In this document: in pieces, positions 37,200 through 46,269 of the stretch
Numbering within the stretch: the first letter of the stretch is position 1
Layout of the letters: every line of letters starts with the position of its first letter
Assembly (NCBI GenBank): GCA_003862195.1
Contig: QOUO01000009.1
Location: 21 to 64,020 of the forward strand
Direction: 5' to 3'
Origin: Coriobacteriaceae bacterium
Lineage (GTDB): Bacteria; Actinomycetota; Coriobacteriia; Coriobacteriales; Atopobiaceae
DNA length: 64,000 nucleotides
Program-made: the position numbers and the translations under genes
The notes under the pieces: model-generated
The model's input: the letters and a program-made list of their open reading frames with translations, nothing else
Told to the model about the DNA's origin: nothing
The model's database searches: none

Positions 37200-38003
37200 C
37201 TAGTGGCAGCCGCAGCCCTCGCCGTGCTCGTGGTCGCCGTGCCCGCAGCCGCCATGCCCGCCGTGGCCGCAGCCATCGCCATGCTCGTGGCCGCCACAGG
37301 TCACGCCGTCAAACTGCGGCAGCGTGCCCGCCAGGAAGGCCCGCATGGCCTCGTCCGCGGAGCCCTCCGCGCCCGGGTACACCTTGATGCCGGCACCCGC
37401 GAGCGCGTTCATGGCGCCGCCGCCGATGCCGCCGCAAATCAGCACGTCGACGCCGCCCTGGGCGAGCAGCCCCGCGAGCGCGCCGTGCGAGACGCCGTTC
37501 GAGCCCACCACGGAGGACGAGGTCACCTTGCCGGCCTCCACGTCGTACACCTTGAACTGCTCGGTCCTTCCAAAGTGCTGGAAGACCTGTCCGTCCTGAT
37601 AGGTAACCGCAACCCTCATGATCTTCTCCCCTTTGTCCTGGGGCCAGCCGCGCAGGGGGTTCGCGGCGGCGGGATGGAACTCGACGTCCCCACCGCTCAC
37701 CACAAGGCGCTTCCCGTTCACCACGGCGTCGGCAAGCTTGTGCCTTGCCTGCTCGTAGATCCCGGCAACCGTGGCGCGCGCCACGCCCATCGCCTGGGCG
37801 GCGTCCGCCTGGCTCGCACCCTCGAGGTCGATCAGCCGCACGGACTCGAGCTCGTCCAGCGTGAGCGTGACCGTGGCCTCGGCGTTGGAGCCCGCGCCCT
37901 CCGGCGCAAACCCCACGTACTCCGGCATCAGCCCCACGTACCTGACCTTCTTGCGGCGTCCCGCCATCTGGTCATCCAATCTCGCGTGTTCTATTTCTGA
38001 CAT
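37200..38003 (-). CDS. DUF134 (UPF0251) HTH domain fused in frame to a NifB/NifX-type (Nitro_FeMo-Co) domain and a His/Cys/Gly-rich tail
   Basis: RRKKVRYVG...LTLDELESVRLIDLEG...MGVARATV (DUF134). MRVAVTYQDGQVFQHFGRTEQFKVY...VLICGGIGGGA (NifX-like). Tail CGGHEHGDGCGHGGHGGCGHGDHEHGEGCGCH. Possible starts ATG 38003 or 37967, and an internal ATG 37619. Confidence 0.7.
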   Translation of the reverse strand: MSEIEHARLDDQMAGRRKKVRYVGLMPEYVGFAPEGAGSNAEATVTLTLDELESVRLIDLEGASQADAAQAMGVARATVAGIYEQARHKLADAVVNGKRLVVSGGDVEFHPAAANPLRGWPQDKGEKIMRVAVTYQDGQVFQHFGRTEQFKVYDVEAGKVTSSSVVGSNGVSHGALAGLLAQGGVDVLICGGIGGGAMNALAGAGIKVYPGAEGSADEAMRAFLAGTLPQFDGVTCGGHEHGDGCGHGGHGGCGHGDHEHGEGCGCH

Positions 38004-38133
38004 ATGTCAGAAATAGATAGTACACCTCCAGTCGCCCAGCGCAAGGGGGATTCGGGACGGGCGCCCGTCTGACGGCCGCCCTTGGCTCGGGGTCTCATCC
38101 AGTACGCCCGTCCTTCTCCCCCGGGGAGCCTCG

Positions 38134-38988
38134 TCACCCGCGGTCGTCGTAGCCAGCCTCGCGGCGCACAAAGGTGCCGGCGTCGATCTCGTCAAAGGCC
38201 TGCACCAGCTCGTCGTCCGTGTTCATCACGATGGGGCCAAGCCACGCGATGGGCTCGCCCAGGCGGACGGAGCTCATCAGGAGCACCTCCGCCGGCTCGT
38301 CGCCCGCCTGGAGCCGCACCTGGTCGCCCTCGCCCACGCGCGCCGCGGTCTTCGTGCCCACGTGGGTGCCGCTCACCGTCGCCTCGCCCTGCAAGGTGAA
38401 GAGCATGACGGAGCGCTCGCCGGGCACGTCGAGGGTCACGTCCGCGTGCGGGTCCAGGTGGATGTCGTAGTAGTCGAGCGGCAGGTATCTGCCCTCAAAG
38501 CCGTGGGCCTCGCCGTAGTGGCCGGCCAGAAGGCGCAGCGTGGCGCCACCCAGGTCAAACTCCTGGATCTGGTCGCGCGTGATGCCGTGGTAGAACGGCG
38601 GCGCGGTCATCTTGTCCTTGGCGGGAAGGTTCAGCCACAGCTGCACGCCCAGGAAGCGCCGCGCGCGGCCCGGCATCTCGGAGTGGAACGCGCCCGAGCC
38701 CGCCGTGAGCCACTGGGCCTCGCCGTCCGTCACGGTCGCCTTGGTGCCCAGGTGGTCCTGGTGCACCATGGTGCCCTGCGCAACGTACGTCACGGTCTCG
38801 ATGCCGCGGTGCGGGTGCATGGGGAAGCCCGCCATGTAGTCGTCCGGGTTGGTCGAGTCAAACGAGTCGAGCATGAGGAACGGGTCCCACTCGCGCGCGG
38901 TCCAGTTGCCCAGCACGCGCGTGAGCTTGACGCCCGCGCCGTCCTGCGCGGGAACGCCCTCTACGGTCTTGGTCACCTTGCGAAGCAT
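38134..38988 (-). CDS. pirin family protein
   Basis: FPMHPHRGIETVTYV cupin motif. Confidence 0.85.
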   Translation of the reverse strand: MLRKVTKTVEGVPAQDGAGVKLTRVLGNWTAREWDPFLMLDSFDSTNPDDYMAGFPMHPHRGIETVTYVAQGTMVHQDHLGTKATVTDGEAQWLTAGSGAFHSEMPGRARRFLGVQLWLNLPAKDKMTAPPFYHGITRDQIQEFDLGGATLRLLAGHYGEAHGFEGRYLPLDYYDIHLDPHADVTLDVPGERSVMLFTLQGEATVSGTHVGTKTAARVGEGDQVRLQAGDEPAEVLLMSSVRLGEPIAWLGPIVMNTDDELVQAFDEIDAGTFVRREAGYDDRG

Positions 38989-39048
38989 GTCTGCCTCCTT
39001 TTATAGAATCATCAACATAAAAGCTTTTACTGACGAGAAGAACGCGCC

Positions 39049-39504
39049 CTACCGGTTGGCGTCCCTATACGCACGAATCAGCCTCGCCATCGTGCGCTGG
39101 TCATCCGGGCCCCACGCCGCAAGGCGCTCGTGAAGCGCCTGGTAGTTGGTGGGGCACACGGCCCGTGCCAGGCCCTCCCCCGCAGGCGTCAGGCTCACGA
39201 TGGCGCGGCGCCCGTCCGCAGGGTCCCTCCCGCGCACAACGAGCCCGCGCTCCCGCAGGTGGCGGATCACCACGGGGATGGTCCCGTCGCTGCTGAGGAC
39301 GCTCTCGCGCAGCTCGCCCACGGTGAGCGGCCCCTTGCGGAGCAGCGCCTCCAGCACCGCAAACTGCGTGGTCGTCAGGCCGTGCTCGCGCGCGACGGCC
39401 GCCGTCTGCCGGTCAAGGTCCTGCACCAGCCGATGCAGGCCGATCACCAGCTGCGACTCGGTCAGGCTCATCCCGGCCGCGGTCTTGCCCTTGCCTTCCG
39501 TCAC
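39049..39504 (-). CDS. MarR family transcriptional regulator
   Basis: LTTTQFAVLEALLRKGPLTVGELRE wHTH. GTG 39504 after a GGAGGGGG SD. Confidence 0.8.
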   Translation of the reverse strand: MTEGKGKTAAGMSLTESQLVIGLHRLVQDLDRQTAAVAREHGLTTTQFAVLEALLRKGPLTVGELRESVLSSDGTIPVVIRHLRERGLVVRGRDPADGRRAIVSLTPAGEGLARAVCPTNYQALHERLAAWGPDDQRTMARLIRAYRDANR

Positions 39505-39723
39505 GATGCGCCCCCTCCAAAGGTCGTCGTTCTTCTCCCTTGCGTTGCTTTTACCTCTACGTAGAGGTTTTTATACGTTACTAGCGCACTACCAATTTCC
39601 TCCACAACCGCCTGGCGCGACGCACGCGCCCCTCCGCCGCCCAAAGTGGGAAACTAGCCACAGGACCAGGCCCGCCGGGCCGATACTGCCCGCCGTGCCC
39701 GCAACGCCAGCCAAGGGAGGACG

Positions 39724-40576
39724 CATGCGAGAAGGACGCCTCAACCTCTTGATGTCGCTGTTTGCCGTGTTCAACGACAACGACCGCGACGACACCTCCT
39801 ATGCGCTGGCGCGCTACTTTCTGCAGAACTTTGACCGGCTGGACCAGCTCAACATCTACGACGTGATGGACTCGTGCTACGTGTCGCGCTCCGGCGTCAG
39901 GCGCTTCTGCCAGTCCATCGGGTTCGAGAACTTTAGCGAGATCAAGGCCAGCAGCGGCGAGTGGGAGCTCTTCCGCCACTACTTCCTGACCTACCCCAGG
40001 CTGGAGGGGTCGGGCACGCACGAGCTCCGCCGCGACCTCGACGCGCTCTACGGCCAGATCGACGGGCTCATGCGCACGCGCGAGGTGGACGTGGTGCTGG
40101 ACGCGCTGCACCGCTGCGACCAGGTGGTGCTCTTCTCGGCGGACTCGTCCAGCATGAGCCTGGTGGAGTTCCAGCGCGCCATGGCGGTGGAGGGCAGGAT
40201 CGTGCAGCTGATAACCGAGTCGAGCCCGGCGGCGGACGCGGTGCGCGAGCTGGGCCCCAACGACCTGCTGCTGACGGTCTCGACCTCGGGCGCCTTCGTG
40301 CGCAGGCAGGAGTCGCAGGTGCGGGACTCGGGTGCGTTCAAGGTCTACGTCACCGCGACGCAGGCGCCGGAGCTCGCGCGGCTGTTCGACACCACGCTGC
40401 TCATGGCGCAAAGCGTGCGGGACCCCAGCCCCCTGCACCGGCTGTACGCCTCGTACGGCGTGGCGTACCTCTTCGACCGGCTGCTTTCTGCCTACGCGCA
40501 CCGCTACGACCCGCAGCTCGCGCCAGGTGGCACGCCGACTCAGACGGACGGAGGCCACGCGCCCGCCGACGCCTAG
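39724..40576 (+). CDS. MurR/RpiR family transcriptional regulator (HTH + SIS)
   Basis: YDVMDSCYVSRSGVRRFCQSIGFENFSE HTH_6-like and a SIS-like C-terminus. GGAGGA SD before ATG 39724. Confidence 0.65.
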
Positions 40577-40692
40577 CAGCCGCGGCCGGTCCCCGTGGTT
40601 CAAAAGCTGGAGCGTTCCATTTGTTGAACCACCCGCGACGCCCCGTCTGCCATACCGTACAGGTGCAGGCAGGAGGCGTCGGAAGGACTGAC

Positions 40693-41379
40693 ATGCAAAC
40701 CGCAACCACGTTGGCAAACCCCATGAGCATCAAGGGCTACCTGGACAGCATCTACGTGGACGACCCCAACCGCATCCTCCTCAAGCTCAACTACATGGGC
40801 GAGAAGATCAGCGGCCTCGTGTCGCGCGTCGACCATGACGCGCACGCACGGAGCGACGCGGACCACGACTACGTGACGCTCGACGTGCCGGCCGAGCAGC
40901 GTGGGAAGCTCTTCTCCCCCACCGCGGGCAGGCTGGTCTCACCCGAGCACGCGCGCCAGAACGAGTCCGCGCGCGCTGCCCAGGGACGCTGCGTGTGCAT
41001 CCGCCCCACCTACGGCATGCTGTACGCGCCGGTGACGGGCCGCATCACTGCGCAGCTGCCCTCGCACAACGCCATCGGCATCATGACCTTTGATGGTGTG
41101 CAGATCCTGCTGACGGTGGGCAACGCCCCGCAGCGCTACCAGGGCAAGGCGTTCAGGCAGCTGGCGTGGCAGAACGACTCGGTCCACATGGGCGACCCGC
41201 TGGTGGCGTGGGACCGCCGCGCGCTGCGCGACGAGGGCCAGGACGACCTGGTGGTCATGACCGTGACGAACCCCGACGACCTGGCCTCCGTCACCCCGCT
41301 GCAGCCGCGTGTGCCGTGGGCAACCAGGGTGCGCCCCGAGGCGCAGGTCATGCGCGTGGAGTTTCCTGACGAGGGGTAG
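40693..41379 (+). CDS. PTS EIIA(Glc)-like domain protein with a degenerate active site
   Basis: YAPVTGRITAQLPSHNAIGIMTFDGVQILLTVGNAP...GDPLVAWD...VVMTVTN aligns by eye to the EIIA-Glc core. The phospho-acceptor HxG position reads TVG. Confidence 0.6.
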   Translation: MQTATTLANPMSIKGYLDSIYVDDPNRILLKLNYMGEKISGLVSRVDHDAHARSDADHDYVTLDVPAEQRGKLFSPTAGRLVSPEHARQNESARAAQGRCVCIRPTYGMLYAPVTGRITAQLPSHNAIGIMTFDGVQILLTVGNAPQRYQGKAFRQLAWQNDSVHMGDPLVAWDRRALRDEGQDDLVVMTVTNPDDLASVTPLQPRVPWATRVRPEAQVMRVEFPDEG

Positions 41380-41394
41380 CGACCCCCGCACCTC

Positions 41395-42180
41395 CTACCA
41401 GCGGAGCGAGAGGCACGTGATGGAGCCGTCGATCTTCTCGAACTCCGTCATCTCGACCTCGATGATCTTGTAGCCCCAGGCCTCGAGCTGCGCCTTGACG
41501 CGCGGGTAGCCCTTAGCCATGACCACGTAGTCGTTGATGCGCACGCAGTCGGCGCCATAGGCCTCCTCGTCGGGCACCTCGAAGAGGTTGAACTGGCCGC
41601 GGTGGTAGGCGGGCTTGGTCTTGAACTCGCCGCTCACGAGCAGGTTGCCGTCCTCGACGTAGGTGCCACCGGTCTTGAGGTGCAGGATGTGCTCGACGGG
41701 CACCTGCTCGGAGGTGTAGCCCCACTCGGCCAGGAAGCCGGCAAACTGGCGGTAGCCCTCGTCGTTGGTGCGCTGCGAGTGGCCAACGTAGTAGTGGTCG
41801 TCGACCATCATGACGTCGCCGCCCTCGAGCGTGCCGGGGTCAGTGATGACCTTGATCTGGTCGTCAGTAAAGAACTCGTGCAGCGTGGGAAGCATGAGCG
41901 CGGCCTCCTCGCGGCGGGTCGGCGCGCCGGGGCGGTCGGAGATCGCGCCCTTGGGCGTGATGACGGCCGTGTCCTCCACGAAGACGGAATCGGGGTAGTC
42001 CTCAAGCGCGGGCAGGACCGTGACCTCGAGGCCGGCCTGCTTGAGGGCCTCGACGTACTGGTCGTGCTGCTCCATGGCCTTCTCGTAGATGGGCTTGCCC
42101 TTGTTGGTGAAGTCGGCGATGCCGTCGATTACCGAGTGGGACGGGCGACGGACGATTGCGTGGGTGAAGTTTGCTGCCAT
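41395..42180 (-). CDS. dimethylarginine dimethylaminohydrolase / amidinotransferase superfamily protein
   Basis: Pentein-fold pattern with a C-terminal catalytic-Cys block GSITCLSLRW. ATG 42180 chosen. Confidence 0.65.
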   Translation of the reverse strand: MAANFTHAIVRRPSHSVIDGIADFTNKGKPIYEKAMEQHDQYVEALKQAGLEVTVLPALEDYPDSVFVEDTAVITPKGAISDRPGAPTRREEAALMLPTLHEFFTDDQIKVITDPGTLEGGDVMMVDDHYYVGHSQRTNDEGYRQFAGFLAEWGYTSEQVPVEHILHLKTGGTYVEDGNLLVSGEFKTKPAYHRGQFNLFEVPDEEAYGADCVRINDYVVMAKGYPRVKAQLEAWGYKIIEVEMTEFEKIDGSITCLSLRW

Positions 42181-42253
42181 GGTGGAACCCCTTTCCGTTG
42201 CTGTGACGTTGGCACCGGGCCTCCGGGCGTACGGGACGTCCTTCTCCCCCGCG

Positions 42254-43555
42254 CTACGCCAGGTCGCGGTAGTGGAAGCTCTTCTCGCCCGAGGCGTACG
42301 GCGCCACAATGTCGCCGTGGCTCACAAGGCGGTACTTGTACGTGACCAGGCCGTCCAGCCCCACGGGGCCGCGCGCGTGCAGCTTGCCCGTGCTGATGCC
42401 CACCTCGGCGCCAAAGCCGTAGCGGAAGCCGTCGGCAAAGCGGGTGGAGCAGTTGCGGTACACGCCCGCAGAGTCGACCATCTGCATGAAGTACTCGGCC
42501 GCCGCGTCGTCCGTCGTGATGATGGCGTCCGTGTGGTGCGAGCCGTAGCGGTTGATGTGGTCCACGGCCTCGCGCACGCCGTCCACGACCTTGCAGCTCA
42601 TGACGTAGTCGCCGTACTCCGTGCTGAACTCGTCGTCGGACATGGGCTCCACAGTGGGGATGCCCTCCACGTGGGCGAGAAGTTCGCACACCTCGGCCGT
42701 GCCGCGGAGGCGTGCGCCGCGCTCCGCCAGGCCCCGGGCCGCCTTGGGCAGGAACTCCGCCGCGATGGAGCGGTCCACCAGCAGCGTCTCGGCCGCGTTG
42801 CACACGGCGGGATACTGGGTCTTGGCGTCCACCAGCACGCGCACGGCCATGTCCTGGTCCGCCGCGGCGTCCACGTACACGTGGCAGACGCCCGAGGAGT
42901 GGCCCATGACGGGGATCTTGGTGTGCTCCATGATGTAGCGCACAAACTTGTTGGAGCCGCGGGGAATCAGCAGATCAACGTCCTGGTCGCACTGCAGCAG
43001 CTCGTCAATTTCGCTGTGGAGCTCCGCCTGCAGCAGGCAGCCGGCGGGAAGGCCCGCCTCCACCACGGCCTCGTGGATCACGTCGAACAGCACGCGGTTG
43101 GTGTTGGCAGTCTCGCGCCCGCCCTTGAGCACGGCGCAGTTGCCGCTCTTGACGCAGAGCGAGCTGATCTGGACCAGCGCGTCAGGGCGCGCCTCGAAGA
43201 TGACGCCGATCACGCCGATGGGGCAGGTCACGCGCTTGAGCTCGAGCCCGGCGTCCAGCTCGCGGTCGAGGAGCACGCGTCCCACTGGGTCGGGAAGACC
43301 CACCAGCTGGCGCAGGCCCGCCACGCCGTCGCGCAACTTGCCCTCGTCGTAGCGCAGCCGCTTCTGGACGGTCTGTGCCACGCCGGCCTCTGCCGCGGCG
43401 GCCATGTCCTTCTCGTTTGCCGCAAAGATCTGGTCCTTGTGCGCCTCGAGCGCCTGCGCCACCAGCTCGAGCGCATGGTTGCGCTGCTCGATGGAAGAGG
43501 CGGCCATGGCCGGCGCCTCGAGCTTCATCTGGTGGACCTGCTCGCGAATGTCCAT
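42254..43555 (-). CDS. proA: glutamate-5-semialdehyde dehydrogenase (gamma-glutamyl phosphate reductase)
   Basis: IGVIFEARPDALVQISSLCVKSGNCAVLKGG and the family-typical C-terminus. ATG 43555 chosen. Confidence 0.85.
   Translation of the reverse strand: MDIREQVHQMKLEAPAMAASSIEQRNHALELVAQALEAHKDQIFAANEKDMAAAAEAGVAQTVQKRLRYDEGKLRDGVAGLRQLVGLPDPVGRVLLDRELDAGLELKRVTCPIGVIGVIFEARPDALVQISSLCVKSGNCAVLKGGRETANTNRVLFDVIHEAVVEAGLPAGCLLQAELHSEIDELLQCDQDVDLLIPRGSNKFVRYIMEHTKIPVMGHSSGVCHVYVDAAADQDMAVRVLVDAKTQYPAVCNAAETLLVDRSIAAEFLPKAARGLAERGARLRGTAEVCELLAHVEGIPTVEPMSDDEFSTEYGDYVMSCKVVDGVREAVDHINRYGSHHTDAIITTDDAAAEYFMQMVDSAGVYRNCSTRFADGFRYGFGAEVGISTGKLHARGPVGLDGLVTYKYRLVSHGDIVAPYASGEKSFHYRDLA
42278..42290 (-). 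repeat. 13-mer repeat copy GGGCGAGAAGAGC
   Basis: Exact. Sense in proA, read as G-E-K-S. Confidence 0.95.
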
Positions 43556-43721
43556 GTGGGCTCCTATCGGGGTATGTACGCGGGCCCGGGGGCCGGCGCT
43601 GGTGGTTGGGGGTATTGGGTAGAAGTCTACCCGACTGCCCCGCGCGCGATAACCTCGGGTAGAATCTACGTAGCTCGGCCGCGTGCCGGGCCACCGGACG
43701 TCCCCCACGCAAGGAGTGAAC

Positions 43722-44309
43722 ATGGCCAGGCTCAAGTACGAAACCGCGCGCTTCGAGGCATCGTACGGGACCATCGCGCAGCTGCCCGAGCCCACCGCGC
43801 CCGAGGTGTCGTTTGTGGGACGCTCCAACGTGGGAAAGTCGTCGCTGCTCAACAAGCTCATCGGCCGCAAGTCGCTCGCCAAGGTGTCAAGCCAGCCGGG
43901 CAAGACCGCCAACATCAACTTTTTTGACGTGGACGGCGTGCGCTTTGTGGACCTGCCCGGCTACGGCTTCGCCAAGGTGTCGCAGGCGGAAAAGCAGCGC
44001 TGGGCCAACCTCATAAGCGGCTACTTCGAGCAGGAGCGCAGCTTCAACCTGGTGGTCTCGCTCGTGGACATCCGCCACGACGCGCAGCAGCTCGACCGCG
44101 ACATGCTGGCCTACCTGACCGAGGCGGACCTCCCCTACGTGGTGGCGCTCACCAAGGCCGACAAGCTCAGCCGCAGCAAGCAGGCGCAGCAGAAGGCCGC
44201 GCTCGCGCGCCAGTTTGGCATCGACCCCGGCCGCATGCTCGTGACGTCGTCCCAGTCCGGCCAGGGCATCCAGGAGCTCCGCAAGATGATCGAGGACGCC
44301 TGCCTGTAA
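43722..44309 (+). CDS. engB: ribosome biogenesis GTP-binding protein YihA/YsxC
   Basis: GRSNVGKSSLLN G1, DLPGYG G3, TKADK G4. AAGGAG SD. Confidence 0.85.
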   Translation: MARLKYETARFEASYGTIAQLPEPTAPEVSFVGRSNVGKSSLLNKLIGRKSLAKVSSQPGKTANINFFDVDGVRFVDLPGYGFAKVSQAEKQRWANLISGYFEQERSFNLVVSLVDIRHDAQQLDRDMLAYLTEADLPYVVALTKADKLSRSKQAQQKAALARQFGIDPGRMLVTSSQSGQGIQELRKMIEDACL

Positions 44310-44310
44310 G

Positions 44311-45546
44311 CTACGAGCCCAGGACGTCGTGCACGTCGCACACCACGATGCGGTCCACCTTGGCGACCGGCTCCCAGCGGTAGCCCGCGGCCGCGGACTC
44401 GAAGCACAGGTACAGCTTGCCGCCATAGAGGTCCATCTCCTCAAGCATGGGCGGCAGCACGAACGTGGCCCAGGACTGGTCGTTGCGCAGGTCGTGGCTC
44501 CACGCGCCGCCGCCCCACCACATGACGCGCAGGCGGCTGTCGCGGCTGCCCCACGACTGCGAGAGCAGGCAGAGGTCGCCCACGATGCCCATGCCCTGGA
44601 CCTGGCCGTTGATGAGCGCGCCGTCCACGGGGTCGAGGATGTCGCCGCTGGTCTTGGCGACCCGCTTGGCGAGGTGCTTGAGCACGCGCGACTTGCGCAC
44701 GTTGATCATGCCGAGCTCGTCCACGTCCCAGCCCTGCTCCGCCTCGAGTGCGCCGTCGTTGCGGATGCGCTGGATCTCGCCCAGGACCTCGTCCTTGTCG
44801 GCCTCGCGCAGGCCGCCGTCGGACTCGATGTCGAAGGCCTGTATGGTCGTACGCGACTTGCGCGCGCCGGTGAAGTCGCCCACGTACAGCCTGCCGGAAT
44901 AGACCGTCAGGAACGACGCGTGGTTGAGCGTGCGAACGGGGTAGGTGCGCTCGATGCGGCACGGGGCCTTGGCCCGGGAGTCGTCGTACTTCTCCCATGC
45001 GCTGAGCTCGATCGAACTCACGGTGGCGCAGCCGTTCTTGCCCTCCTGGTAGCCGCATATCCACAGGCGGTGGTGGCGCGCGTCGTACGCGAGGCCGCCG
45101 ACGTGCGGCTTGCCGCTGAGCACGATCACGCCGTCGAGCCGGCGGGTCTTGCGGCTAATGCGATAGATCACGGAGTTGTGCGCGTGGGCGCGGCAGTACG
45201 CGGACACGAGCAGGTACTTTCCCGCGACGCAGACGCCCTGCGGCGTCATGGTCGTGCAGCTGCACAGGTTGTTGTCCGCGTCCAGGGTGCGCGTGATCTT
45301 GAGGCCGGGTATCACGTAGCTTTCGCGCGCGATCTTGGCGGCGCTGGCGGTGCCGCTCGCGCCCACGCCGTAGTTGCGGAGCACGGTGCGGAAGTCCTCC
45401 TCGGAGAAGACGGCGTCGGCGTTGGTACCGTCCGCGCTCGAGGTGGGGCCCGTCGGCAGCGGATGCGCCATGCCGTACGCAAAGAAGCAGCACGCCGCCA
45501 CAAAAAGGGCGCACAGCACCTTTGGCCACGTTCTTCTCGCCCGCAT
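44311..45546 (-). CDS. hypothetical exported protein
   Basis: Arg-rich N-terminus plus a hydrophobic signal/anchor (WPKVLCALFVAACCFFAYG). No family recognised. Confidence 0.55.
   Translation of the reverse strand: MRARRTWPKVLCALFVAACCFFAYGMAHPLPTGPTSSADGTNADAVFSEEDFRTVLRNYGVGASGTASAAKIARESYVIPGLKITRTLDADNNLCSCTTMTPQGVCVAGKYLLVSAYCRAHAHNSVIYRISRKTRRLDGVIVLSGKPHVGGLAYDARHHRLWICGYQEGKNGCATVSSIELSAWEKYDDSRAKAPCRIERTYPVRTLNHASFLTVYSGRLYVGDFTGARKSRTTIQAFDIESDGGLREADKDEVLGEIQRIRNDGALEAEQGWDVDELGMINVRKSRVLKHLAKRVAKTSGDILDPVDGALINGQVQGMGIVGDLCLLSQSWGSRDSRLRVMWWGGGAWSHDLRNDQSWATFVLPPMLEEMDLYGGKLYLCFESAAAGYRWEPVAKVDRIVVCDVHDVLGS
45530..45542 (-). repeat. 13-mer repeat copy GGGCGAGAAGAAC
   Basis: Exact. 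Sense, covering codons 2-6 of the exported-protein gene in a different frame (R-A-R-R-T). Confidence 0.95.
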
Positions 45547-45819
45547 TTCGCCCCCTCACGCACATCGACAACGTGCAACCGTAGCACGCGTGACGGCCAC
45601 GGCTGCCGCGTCTGCGGAGCCGCTCCAACTCGCCACAACCCTGCATTATCTGGCGGGTCGCCGCGCGGCGGTTGAACCGTAAGCGCCAGTGCACGCAACT
45701 GTAACGGAATCGTCAGCTTGCTGCATACGCAGGTAAGCGCCCCGTCGGGTGCGCCTAGGGCGCCGTGGGGCGTGGAATCATGTAAGTGGAACGTAACCCA
45801 GTGAGGATGGGAGGTCACC

Positions 45820-45954
45820 ATGTCAGCAACGACGCTCAACCGTCAGACCAGCGGATTCCTTCGCGGCCTCGGCATGGTCGCCGGATACGGGGGCCTGAGC
45901 ATCCTGGGAGCGGCCCTCGCGGTCGTGGCCCTGGCAGCGCTCGCGGCGCTGTAG
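45820..45954 (+). CDS. unannotated 44-aa hydrophobic peptide
   Basis: ATG 45820 is 6 nt after GGGAGG. Translates MSATTLNRQTSGFLRGLGMVAGYGGLSILGAALAVVALAALAAL. Followed by a strong terminator. Below the ORF-track length cutoff. Confidence 0.45.
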   Translation: MSATTLNRQTSGFLRGLGMVAGYGGLSILGAALAVVALAALAAL

Positions 45955-46000
45955 CGGACCGGCAACCCAACCACACAACAAGCCTATCGGAACCCCCGCG

Positions 46001-46043
46001 CCCGCCCCGCGCCCCTACCTCGCGCGGGGCGGGATTCTGTTTC
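46001..46043 (+). terminator. intrinsic terminator
   Basis: Perfect 12-bp GC stem CCCGCCCCGCGC / GCGCGGGGCGGG with a 9-nt loop and tail ATTCTGTTTC. Confidence 0.65.
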
Positions 46044-46095
46044 GGGGCCGTCCGCGCCCAACCCGGGAGATTTTTCGCCACCCGTGCACGCAATC

Positions 46096-46269
46096 GGGGT
46101 TTGAGGGTGTTTCGATCTCGCCTCAGAGGCTCACACGGCTTGCCAAAGCCGCCGTCGGGTCCCCCAAAGCACACTCAAACCCTCCTCCTGTCCATTTGGA
46201 GGGGATTGAGGGCGCTTCGAACGCGTCCGCAAGGCGAGGCGACGCCTCCAAAGTACACTCAAACCCCCC
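46096..46269. repeat. tandem pair of MITE-like units bounded by inverted GGGGTTTGAG / CTCAAACCCC ends
   Basis: Unit A 46096-46185 and unit B 46198-46269 share both arms. GTGCACGC sits 4-5 nt outside each end (46084-46091 and 46275-46282). Confidence 0.55.

Noticed and set aside
39146-40576. 476-aa ORF extending the RpiR gene upstream (similarly 39961..41379 for the EIIA-like gene)
   Set aside because: The upstream parts are antisense to the MarR gene or overlap the RpiR gene. Internal ATGs at 39724 and 40693 have good SDs and mark the start of recognisable domains.
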